Below are positions 1-12,700 of a stretch of 64,000 nt of DNA, one piece after another. Both the position numbers and the translations under genes were made by a program. Position 1 is the first letter of the stretch; every line of letters begins with the position of its first letter. Source of the stretch: Glaucostegus cemiculus. Its lineage: Eukaryota. The stretch covers positions 15,004,001-15,068,000 of the forward strand of contig CDPCPM010000037.1 of assembly GCA_976551045.1 (NCBI GenBank), read 5' to 3'. The notes under the pieces are model-generated. The model worked only from the letters and a program-made list of their open reading frames with translations. It ran no database searches and was not told the DNA's origin.

Positions 1-568
1 TCAAGGGATTCAGTGAGTGAGGCGATCAGATCTTAATTAATGCTGCCATTGTTTCCTTCTTGGAATGTAAAAACCATTTTATGAAAAGGCAATTCTATTT
101 TAGAAGAGCAGAGATTTGTTGCACAGGTAAATTAAATCATTTCCAAAACTATGCCAAGACCAAGAGGAATATCTCGCTGTGTATTTGGAATAATACTGCG
201 CTATAGATCAGAACATCATGCTGCAGGCTATGGCTTGAAAGATGTGTTAAAATTGCCAAAAAATTATCTTGAGACAGCTTTACTCTAAGTACATGCCACA
301 AATGATCAAGCAGCTGAGAATGCCAACAGCAAATGTTTCAATATACAAAACCAACACCCTGATGTACACCCATTTATGACTGAAACAACCAGAGTGAGGA
401 AACTTCAAATACATTGCCTACAATGGCATTATTGAATGTCAATCTTACCACATCAATTTTTTGTAAAATGATTATGCAATTAACATTCAAGTTCTCCTCT
501 GTGGAAAAAGAAAAATGACTAATGCTACTGTTCGAGCAAACTTTAGCTAGTCATATGACATGACTCAC

Positions 569-717
569 TCTTTGGGTTTCGTTGCAATCAGCACCCTCAG
601 TGGCCTTCGACTGCAATGCAACTGATTTAGAATAGTCTCTACTTCCACAAATGGCCGTAGGAAAACCAGATCTTCATTAATGGAGTAAATCTTCCGTCCA
701 ACCTGAAGACCTGCCAC
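569..717 (-). CDS. PREX1: PREX1 exon 18 (149 nt), [49 protein letters not shown](E)
   Basis: cag acceptor, gtgagt donor. Confidence 0.96.
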
Positions 718-3700
718 CTGTAGCACAAATGAAGCGCCAAATATTTGAAAACAATCCAAGTTAGATATTTTTAAGCTGATCAACTAACACCAATTTACAT
801 CTGTGATAAAATAAGAGCAAAGGTTCATGATTTTAATCAACTTAAAGTAGTAACTTGTGCACATATTTACTCCAGTATGATCAAGTTTATCCACAAACAG
901 AACACCAATACAAAACAAGATTTTATTTGGTACAACTTTCATTATAACCAGTTCATAATAAAGCATAGAAAAAAAAGCAGATTTTGTAGGTGAGTTCCAC
1001 CCTATGAGGAAAAATAAACAAGTTGAAACCAAATAATAAGTTAGATGGAAGCCAAATTACATAGTAAACAAGTTCATGTCTCAAATCAAAGCAAGCCTTT
1101 TTATTGAATAAATGAACAATATACTAATACAGATTTCTGAAGATGTCATAATTAAATTTCTCCCACTTTGCCACCCTTTTGTTTTTAAACAACCAATATC
1201 CTGGCTTACATCAAGTACATCTGCTCAGCTTTTAAACAGGACTGTTGCGTAACAATGTAGTGAGGCACCGTGACCAGAATCTTGAAAGATTCCATCGTTT
1301 ATTACCAGATTGCCAATCTGTATTTAGTATTCAAGTCTCCAGTTCACTGTGTTCACCACTGTTACTAGTGCTGCTTTGAAAGCAATCTGACAAACAGTAA
1401 TTGTCAAAGAGTTTTACTGAACATCAATTAAGAACATTTTCAGAATGCTTTTCCACATGCAGTTTTAGCATGTTACTTTAGGATGCACTTCAACAATAAG
1501 CCTTTGAGAATTTTCAGTGGGAAGCTTAAGTGATGGTTATTCACAAAAACTACAAAATGTTGATCAAACAATCAGTGATCTGTAACGTATTTATGAAGTT
1601 GGGATCTAAGATACAGATTTGCAAGAGATGCTTTAACTATGAAATCAAAGTGAGGTTTGGGGAGAAGTACAAACTAGTGTAAAATAATTACTGATGATAC
1701 CAACCATCAATTCTAACAAAATGGAAACACTGGAAGCATCATATTCACAATTTTTTTTTAAACCGCAAATTAGTAAAGGTCACACTTTTGAAGTGCACTT
1801 TAATGTACTTATGAAAGTGAATCTGCATGTATTTAAACCAACAACGACATTATTTTTCATTTGTCTTATATAAAGAGTAAAACTTGTACATTATAACTAA
1901 GTGAAAAGGCACAGCTTCTGCATCTGAATAATAAATGCAGTATGTTCCAGGAAATGTGTACATTAAGTTAAAAGGAAAATCTCAAAGCACTTCTTCTGGA
2001 TTATGGGAAAGTGCTCAAGCACAGTTTTTAGCCCCTGTGCATCACAATTAAACTAATTGACGTTTTGTTGTCTAAATACTCATACTGTGCTGGTATTGTG
2101 CAATTCCATTGTTCAAAAGAATAAAAGCATGAGAATGAAATTGCTGGACTCTGGCATTTCTACATTTGAAAAACATTTTGCAAGGTTTAACCGTAAATTC
2201 TTGTGCAGATTTCAACAAGAGTTTTGACACACCATTCTGGTTCCAAGAGGTCATCATAATCTCTGAAACCATAACAACCACTGGGTAAGACATGGTATGT
2301 TTAACTGTAAAGCTGTTAATTTTGTATAAAGGCTGCATGTAGCAATTTGAATTTCAAGTAACATTAAATTTGAAAAAAATTGTTAGGGTACCAAACACGA
2401 TTATGTAGCCCACATTTTTGATGCAATAATAGCCAATATATTTTAAAATTTGTTCAAAATATTCAGACTTTGTAACCTTAATGAATTTTGTGTCACATTT
2501 TGTCAATCACGCTTTTCACCTACATGATAACAAACCAACAATAGTTGTGCGTGTAAACTGTAAAGGTAATTAACTGGAGTCTGGAATACATTCAAGGTTA
2601 TAAACTTTCTTTTTAAAATAAACAAGCTGCTATTATTTACACTATAATACAATATTTTCGATGTTAACTCTAATAATATTTCATTGCACGTATTAGGTTC
2701 AATGGTATCTTGATTTAATGAGAAAAAAGGATTTAAACAAATCTATTCTTATATGATCACAAGCCATGTACATGAATGAAGCAGCCCAAGTAAAGGGCCA
2801 AGAAAGACGAAAGACGTACAGGTAGGTTAATTTGGGGGTTAAAAATAGGCGGCGTGGACTCGGAAGGCCGAAAGGGCCTGTTACCACGTTGTAAATAAAT
2901 TTAAATTTTAAAAAAACATGTGGAGAGACAAGCATAATTAAATCTGCAAAACCACCTACTTCTGTCTCTGATATATTATCCATTCCATCAGCTTCTGAAA
3001 ACCTCATCCACTTTTGTGTTCATTCCAGACCCGACCATTTCAGTGCTCTACTGGCCAGCTTCTATCCTCCATAAACTTGAATGCTTCCAAAAACCCGGCT
3101 CCTGCAACCTAACCCTAGCCATTACTTTCTCTCACTACATGAGTGCTGACCGACTTAAATTGGCTTTTAATCCAAAAACCCCTCAGACTGATAGCCATAA
3201 CCCTCCTGTCAAACCTTTCTACAGTCTCCTCTCTTCTAAACTCTCTTACAACCATCCAAAAAACCCAGTTCCTTAGTATCAGTGCATACCAACTTTGCCT
3301 CAACCAGTGGTCATGCATTCAGTACAGTGGTCCCCAAGCTCTGCATTTTAATTAGATAATTCAACATTTAGACCAAAAGCTATAGTAGATACATGTATGT
3401 CCAACACCTGAATGTTTTCTTGCATGGGATTCAAATATTTCATTTACTTTCCTGTTATAGAGCAAGCAACTTTGATGTACAACTTATTGGACATAAATTT
3501 CAAAAAGGCAACTGTTAAAGATGAGTTATTACCTCAGCAGAAGAGTTACTTTGTACAGATTTCACAACAATGGTCTTATTTTTCTCCTCAATTTCAAACC
3601 CATAGTTATCTTCTTCAGGGAAGATCTGTGGAAGATAAAATACCAGATTTTCTATGTGAAAACAAAAATTAAAATGAGACAGCCAAAATGCTTAAGGTAT

Positions 3701-6700
3701 TAATTCTTGGTAATTATTTTATTATTGTCACATGTACCAAGATACAGTGAAAACTTTTGTTTTGCATGCTGTCCATACAGATCATTTCAATGTTCACAGC
3801 TTGGTAAACTACATCATAAAAACAAATAAAACACATTTAACACAGGGGCAGTATATAGAACTTTACAAACAAATTGGAAAATTTTTGCATTTAAATTTGG
3901 AATCATGTTAAGTGCCATGGGGGGGGTGCAGTAGGAGGTGCATTTTTGGATTAAAACCAAATTAATAATTACCAATCAGATCAGACACATCTTAAAGCTG
4001 AACGTAAATACATTTTCAGCTGCTCTTAAGCTTGGAAAGATTAGAGTGAATCCTTAGCAGTGAATGGAAAAGAGAAATCAACCAGGGTGGCTCATGAGAA
4101 AGCAATCCATTGCTTTGTGACATCATGAGGATCAACTTCAAACCTTACATCCAATTATTTTGCCCATTGCTAATTTTTAAAGTCATTGAAAGTACTTCTT
4201 CAAAATCCAAAGATATTGCACTGTGGTAGAAAGCCTAAAGCATATGATAATTGCACAAGTCAAACACAGGGCAAAATCTCAATACTTGAAAATCATTAAC
4301 TCCTTTTTATATAGTTTAAGTCACTAATATGTGGTTTGAGTGTTACTGACTTTCCCTTGCAAATATTAAACACTTACAATGATTTAATATTACAAACAAG
4401 GGAAATAAACAATTTGCCCCCAACAGAGAGCAAAAACATGGTAATTTATAGAATTAATTCTACTCATGGAGCTTCAAGTCCTTCAACTCAAACTCATCTA
4501 ATCAGAATTCTGTCTTTATCCAGTTTCCTTTTTGTCCTTATTAGAGAACTGAGTTGGTCCAATGATGAAGCTAATGTTTCTGCATAAACCTGTTTCCTAC
4601 ATCTTATTGCCAAATCATTCCCAGCTTTTTGCACCGACTACTGCATATAGATAATTTTAGGTATTAATGCATTATGTGATGCTTTTCATGATAACAGTAC
4701 TAAACCTGCCATTATCCTGATTGCCCTGCAGTCTAAGTTAAATCCCAATAAGTGTCTACAGTTTTTTTTAAATTACTTCACATTTATCTGCAAGGCCTTT
4801 CTCGGTGCTGACCAAGTGTATTAAGCTTTTTGAAAGAGTAACACTTTCATATATGAAAGACCTTAAGTCTGTTTTAGAACCTCAGCAACTGTTCGACCGC
4901 CAGTCAATCAGACTGAAGGAAATGAAGGAAAAGCAGCAGCCAATTTGAGCAGAACAAGTCCCATAAGCAACAATGTTATAAATGACCAGATAATTAACTG
5001 TTTTAATAGAAAATTTTGGTTGTGGTGTTACAAATAGACAAGAAAACCATAGATGATTGTTGTTCTTCACTTCAAAATAAAGCCATGGAAAATTCTTCAC
5101 AGAATGTAGATGTGGAGATTCAGTTTAACATCTCAATCCTTTCAAACAAAAAACACCACCAAATTGACAACAATTTCTTTAAAAAAATGATTCTCCTTGT
5201 AATATTTCATGAATCATACTCTGTTCAATGAGGTGACTGAGTTTTTGATGGTGTACTCAGCCATAATTATCTTTCAACATCTGCCTAGCCCTGAAAACCA
5301 ATTACTTAACAATTCCAATTTCATGATTCCATGTCAGGTTTGTTAAAATAATGTCCATGAAACTTCATCTTCAACCATAATCATCACTATGTCTATTTCC
5401 CAATCTTCATTGTGCCCTTTGTAATGCATTTAAATAGTTAAAATTAGAGGTTTTACTTCCAGGTTAACTGTCTTATGTAAGTGTACAGTGTGTCTGGCAA
5501 CTCAGTTAACTCATTACTGGACATTACATAACCACCTATATATCTTGCCATCACAAGGAAGATGTAGCAGCAACTTTACTTTCTTGGAAGGTTAAGGAGG
5601 TTAGACATGTCACTGAACGCTAACAAACTTCTACAGATGCAACAGTATCCTGACTGGTTGCATCATGGTCTGGCATGGCAATTCAAATGTGCAGGAACAC
5701 AAGAAGCTGCAGAGAGTAGTAGACTCAGCCCAATACATCACTGGCACATCCCTCCCCAAAATCGGATGCATCTACAGGTGGCACTGCCTCAAGAAGGCAA
5801 CATCAAAGCTCCCCACTATCCAGGCCATGCCATATTCTCGCAGCGACCATTGGGCAGGAAGCACAGAAGCCTGAAGTCCACCACCACCAGGTTCAAGAAC
5901 AGCTTCAACCATTTGGCTCTTGAATCAACCTACACAACCCTAATGACCATCTCAGTATGGTAACACTATGACCACTTTGCACTACAATGGACTTTTGTTG
6001 TAATTGTGTTTTTTCTTGTACAACTTATGTTTTTCTTCTGAATGTTGTGTATCTGATGAGATATGCTAGTGATGTTGCTGCAAGCAAGGTTTTCATTGCA
6101 CCTGTGCATATGACTTTAAATTTGACTTTGACTTGATAATTGATGGCCAAATGAAAACAACATCAGAAGTGGCAACATCTACATCCCAGGTACTGCTAGG
6201 TCTTGGGAGGCTGCTATTGGGATCTGCAACAAGCACCACTTTGCCAAAAAAAAATGAAGCTTTTATGGGTTTAAAAGCTCAAATCTTTAAAAAAAAATTA
6301 CCATTAACTTTAAAATTTAGTTCTTTGTATATGGTCACTTCCATGTTTAAGAGAGGAAGGAGCAGAAAATTAAAAATAGAATACGGAGGAGGAAAACTGA
6401 AATTCAGAGTAAATTGAAATGATTACTGAAACTTGCAAGAGAACATTATACACAAGACTGACAGTTACTAATTAGATCCAAGCTTTGCAAAAGTTAAAGT
6501 TAGATTCATAAACTTGCAAACATTCTTAAGTCACATGAGGGAAGTTTGAAAATTGTGGGGACTGGGGTTGGAATTAACTTTAACCAATTTAACAACTTAT
6601 TAGCATGAATCTTTGAAGATTTTTTTTTAGAAAGTTTCATTGTGGGCAGGGGCTCCGGGGTCAATTGCTGTCCAACAGTCTTCTGCTGTTCAGTGTATGT

Positions 6701-9700
6701 TTAACTTCAACATCATCTGATCACCCTGTCCATCAATCGACTGACCACCGAGTCCAGTGGCGACCCTGAGAAAAACTTCAGTGCTGTGCATCCAGTTCCT
6801 CAGCTTGGTGTACAAGATTCCATTCATTTGAATGGGATTGCTAAATCTCATCAAAAGATTACACTTAGCTGAATTTTCTCATTAATTCACTAACTTTGTT
6901 TAAAATTAACAGTTGTGTTGTAACTTGCACATTTAATTTAAATAATTCTTAATACAATATTCCATTTCAACCATTTTTATATTTCTATGATGTTCCAAAC
7001 TAATTAAACAGTCCAGGATGCCATGGAAAGCAACAAGCTGTCAATAACTTCTAGGGCAATGCTGCAGTTTTGGGCTTCCTATTTCAAGGAGTAAGGCTGG
7101 TTACCACTTGCAACTCTGTTTGCTTCATGGGAGGGAACCCTCCAGCACAATGGATGACAAAGGTGGTAAATACAGCTGCAGAATTTGCATAGGGGACAAA
7201 TCTGGTCCATGAATTGGATCAAGCGTGATCAAGCCAATTGGCATCCCTAGCAAGGTCAGTATTTATTGGTTATCAAAACTGTCCTTGGGCAGATGGTGCT
7301 CTGTCACCATTTTGACTCCTGCAGTCCATCTGAAGGTACACCTATAATGCTACAGGAAAGGGAATTACATAACATGGACCCAGCAATGATGAAGGGGTGA
7401 CAATATATTCCCAGACCAGGATGATGTGCAGCTTGGAAAGAAGCTCAAGGCTGAGATGTACCCACATAACTACTGTCTTTATCTTTTTTGGTGAAAGAAG
7501 CTGCAGGCCTGGATACACACTGGAAAAACAATGGTCAACGGAGAAAAGTGTAGGGTGATGGATAGGGTACAAATTGACTGGGCTGCTGTGTCTTAAATGG
7601 TGCAGAGCTTCAGGAGCTGTTGGAAGCTCACCTCTTCCAGGTTAGTGTATACTCCGTCACACTTGTGACTTGTACCTTACAGATAAGAGAAAGGATCTAA
7701 AATATGCAGAAACAAATCCCTCACTCCAGGATATCCATCCTCTAACCTGTAGTTGGATTAACTGTAAACATCCAGAACATAGATAGTTCGGTACCCAACT
7801 ACATTAAGGTCAAAGAACATGGGGAGGTGGTTACATTCTCATCGGAGACAGTCATGAATTGCACACGAGGCCTTGCTGCAAAAGCATTACGCAAGCTGCC
7901 TCATTTTCTGAATGGCAGCAAATGGAATTGAAAATTACTTGCCTCCTTAGTATGACAATAGGGCTGGCCATTTGGCCCCCAGATCCATGCTGGATCCCAA
8001 CAAAGTAATCCCACCAGAACTATTCCCATCACTTATTTCCCCATAAATCTGCAACTTACTTCCCTCAGATGCCCATCAACTTTGCTTTGATTCTACTGCC
8101 ACTCACTCATAATAAGGTGCAATTTATAATAGCCAATTAACCTTCCAGCACCTGTTTAGGAAATAGAAACCACAGCACCTGGCAGAAACTTGTGGTCACA
8201 GGGAAAAAGTGAAAACTCAACACAAACATGACCCAAGGCCAGGAAATTGAATCTGGAGCTGAAGGCCGCAGCACCCACCACTAGGTGATCAGGCCACCCT
8301 ATACAATTTCAGTCAATGTCTCCACCTGTGAAGTAAGGAATGCCATTGATGAAGCTCATTGGCTGAAACCCTGAAAAGAACTTGGGCCCTGTACACAACT
8401 GATGAACTGCTGGGGCTGTGGAGATTGATCACCATCCATCACAGCAGTCTTCTTTTGCGCCATGGATGATTCCCCATCAGTCAAATTGCGTGCCCCCTTA
8501 CATTTATAACTCTAGATTTATAAGGGCTCCTTGATGCCACACTCAGTGAAATGTTGCCGTAATGTAAACTGCACTCACAGCTCTTGAATTCAGCACTATT
8601 GTCTATGTTTGGACCAAGGCTGCAACTTGGCAGCAGAAGAGAATTCAATGACTTTGAACTACATTCATTTTAGCAACAAAACTAATTTTGGATAATCAAA
8701 AACAATTGAATAATTTGGGATATTGCTTACAAGCACAGGCACGTGGCAAGATCTGCAGAGGAAACAAGCCAGTTATCAACCACAGGGGAACAAGTTAGTT
8801 TTTCATGCCAATTTAGCAGAAATATAATTTCTCCCTGGAAAGTTCTGGGATTTGGACAAAGATACTGAAGCATCTATTCCTATTACATTTAAATGCAGAA
8901 ATGGAAAGCTGCCAAATAATTTCTGGAAGTCATATTGCATCAATCTCATGAAAGTAAAATAATCCCTCAGCAAATTTTGATGTAGCAAAAATATTTGTTA
9001 AGACAATGATCATGGGAAACAATGGGAATACATTTCTGCCGTAGAGCAGTGAAGATAATACATTTGCACCAGAAATGCAAATAGCATTTCAAATCAGAAG
9101 CGTTTTTTCCACATTGAAAAATATCAAAATCCTTCAGGCAATTACATTGCCAATTGGAATATATATGTTTATATTTCACTTAATAGCTTTGAACAATTTC
9201 AGTTAGGCCAGCCATATGGTCTAAGTCTTAAAGCTATACAATTTATGTGAAGGCTAGCTAAATGTGAAAACAAAATAACCTATTGCAGACCCATTTACAA
9301 TGACCTCCAATCCACACCCTCCTATAGCTTTGTTTATTGAATTTAACCTGACAGCTAAACAATTAGAAAAAAGCTCTGTATGGCTAAAAGGAAAGACCTT
9401 CTGGCATTGGATGATAAAGGCCGAAAACAGTATCAGGATGGTGATATGAACATCTGTTAGGAACTTTTCATTGAAGCTGTTTAAGAACCATTCTATAAAA
9501 CTTAAGATTCTCCAGACTTTGTCTGATATTCAAATAATTATAAATTAATTATAAACCACCTGATAAGAGATTGAGAATTTAAAATTTAATTCTACAAAGC
9601 ATGCAACCAATTACACTAATGCAAGCATGATATTAGAACATTTCATATTCCCTCTTGGGAAATAACACTTTTTGTGTTTTTGTCATCAGCACTGAAGATT

Positions 9701-12700
9701 TCTCAGAACTTTACTATCCAAATTTACAGTATTACTATGTTAGTTCTTGAATGAAGGGTTTCATTTCTCAGCCTAAGTCATAATAAACAATGAATCAATT
9801 GATTTACCACAAAGTGAACAGGAGCAGAGAGCCAGCTAAAATGTCCCTTCCTTGGTAAAAGGAACTAGTGGTTGCATCCTTACAATTGTCCAATTCAAGA
9901 CTGGTTCTTTTAGTGCAAAGCAAGGATAAACCCAGCATTCTCTCTAGTCTATATCTACTTGTTCCACGTGGAACTTCACTTTTTAGTCAGACAAGTTATT
10001 ACCAGAAGATCAGTTGTAATTTTAAATTTAACATCCAACAGCTTGACATTTCTAGTTCACAATTATTTCCTCACTCTTCCTCGAAATTTGAAAATCAGCA
10101 AACTCCAATCAAATTTCTACATTTACAATTTGCATCCATCCATAGGATGAAGACTTATCTTCCTGAATTTTACTCTAACTTTAACTAGTATTGCCACTGA
10201 ACACACATGCCGAATACCTAGTGCAGTTTTTAAGAACATCTGTTTATTTTTGCAGGGCCTACCTTGAAGTATCCCTCTCCAGATTCTGTCTGAGGGCTAA
10301 TGTATTATGAAGCACAGCAATCCATGCCATGCTAATCCAAGAGACAGACATTAGTGTTGAAATTACAACCAATATTACAATGTCTCTGACTCAACCAAAA
10401 AAACTAATTTCATTAAGCACTAAAGTCTGGCAACAAATCAAGTTTCCAAAAATATATTTCAATAGTTGTGCAGCAGTGTTCAAGATGGCTGACATACCAC
10501 CAACTACCTTGCTGCAGATCCAGACTCATTCCACAGGTGGAGGTTCCAATGTTGCTTTTTGCGACATCTCAGTTAGCTAAGACCACAAAGCCAATCAAAT
10601 GCAATTTACCTACATTGGATTGATTCCAACCCCATTCTTATCATCTTATCCTGAAGCATGAAACCTTTGCCCCTGTACAATGCAAGGTTTCTTACACTTG
10701 CAATTCCACTTCAATGTAGCAATTTACTGTAACTGGACCACAATCACAAATGGCTAAAAAAAATCATTACAAGGAGGTAACCAAATGGAGGGGAGGAGTT
10801 AAAAACAAGAAAACTCGTTTAATCTAATATGTAGATGGTGGTTGGGGATGGGGAAATCAAATTTCTATTTCAAAACTCTCAGCATTTGGATCTAAATGAG
10901 CATAAGTAATGGTTTTCCTGGTCTCTTCAGTGCCAAAGCAGCAATGTGTGATTGTGTAGGCAGGGAACGAGGACTTAGAAGTCATAAAAATAATCAAAAT
11001 AGAGAAGGAAAAAAAGAATTCATTTGCAGACTTAAAACACAAGATGAATTAGGAAATCAAACACAAGCAGACTAAAACTTGCTTTCCAGTCTCACAATTG
11101 TAAATCAAATGCATCACCTTCTACAAGTTAAAATTCATATAAAGCATCAAGTATTTACAAGGTTAACTTCCTAAACAATGACCTAATCAGTCTATGTAAA
11201 GCATTTTGCTCAATTGTTTCCAATCCATCATCTGCAATACTTGGATAGCAGAATGGAAAAGTCTCCCATATCTAATGCAAAAACAATCATTTTATCTGCT
11301 TACCAGAAGGGATTTAACAAGTATGTTTTCAACCAATCTGAAGTCATTGCGCAGCTGTTTGTTTTTGGAGCTGGTCCCTTCCATTTCTTCATCAGGGTAA
11401 AAACGAAAAAACTGCGATTCATCCTTAAATTCACTTTTCTCCAACACTATTGGAATGAAAAATTAACACTGAACATTAATATTTAAACGAACATGATTAA
11501 ATAACTGAAATTTCAACACTTCAAATTGTTACTACAAAGCTTAAAATCCAACTCAGATTAAATGTAACTCAAACAAGTCACCTCAACAAGTTTGTCTAAA
11601 TGTAAGTAAGAACAGAAATAAAATTAAATTTAGCTAAAAGTGTCTCTTAACTGCAGATGGAACAGAGGACACAAGTCTTCTAGTTCAGTTCAAAACATGA
11701 AAAATGGCATTCTCCTTCTGTGGCTCAATATCTGAATTCAGCCCTATATGGACAACTCTATCAAATATGAAATAAGATTTCAACCAAAAAAGTGGAATGA
11801 CACTATATCAGAAGCACCGATTAATCAAGAGTAACATAATCACGAGCAGGATTTCATGGCTGCAGTTCTATACTGCAAAGATTGACCTGAACTAAGAATT
11901 GTCATTCTTCAGTCACAGGTCTAAATTCTGAAGTTTCCTATCTAACAATTGCTTGGTGTTACTTTTGCCAATTGGCCACTAGCAGTCAAGGTGATAGCAG
12001 GTCGTCGTCACCTTTTCAAGGGCCATGAGGGATGAGCATTAAATGCTGGCCTTGCCTGCAAAACTCACATCTCAAAAATGAAACTAAAATTACAAAAAAA
12101 AAAATCAAAGTGAACTGGTTTTAAATTCTCAACTAAACCAGGGTATAGGATAACCAGAAGTGTCAATGCATGGTCAGGAAAGACAGACAAGCAGTCAAGA
12201 GATTTGCTCAACTTGCAATTGTGGGTTTCAAAGCAATTTCAAACGATTTTTCAGGAGTTCCTAGCTAAATGCTTAAATTGAGCAGAAGTTTGTTAGCCAC
12301 TTTTAAGTGGAAGAGCACAAGGATATGACACAAACCACTTTGCCCACATCCCACCCTACTATAGTTAGTCCACAAATGAGGAAGTCCACAATCAAATCTG
12401 CTAGTGATGTGAACAAACTATTTGATGGGGAGGAGGGGAAGGAGTGTTAAAGTGCCCAAATTATAAAATATAAAGTCCAAAAAGAACAAAGAACTGTGGG
12501 ACACTCCAAGAAATGACTGTCAACTTAATTATGATGAACTCCCATTCTCACTGAAAACACATTTGTTGAAAGATTCTTTTGTTTCTTTGATTGATTACCG
12601 TGATGCATGAAGCCATTATTACACAGTCCAACACCGAGCGTGACCGCTTCCTCTCTAGTCTGGCAGTCTCCCTAGCAACAAAATGACATTTTTATATCTG

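Noticed and set aside
2230-2300. Minus-strand frame [13 protein letters not shown] as candidate PDZ1 exon 17
   Set aside because: Only YGF matches. The real exon 17 is at 3533-3625 with correct length and splice sites.
6650-6830. GC-richer patch in intron 16 as a hidden exon
   Set aside because: No recognisable peptide in the frame I translated, and the PREX1 exon chain is complete without it.
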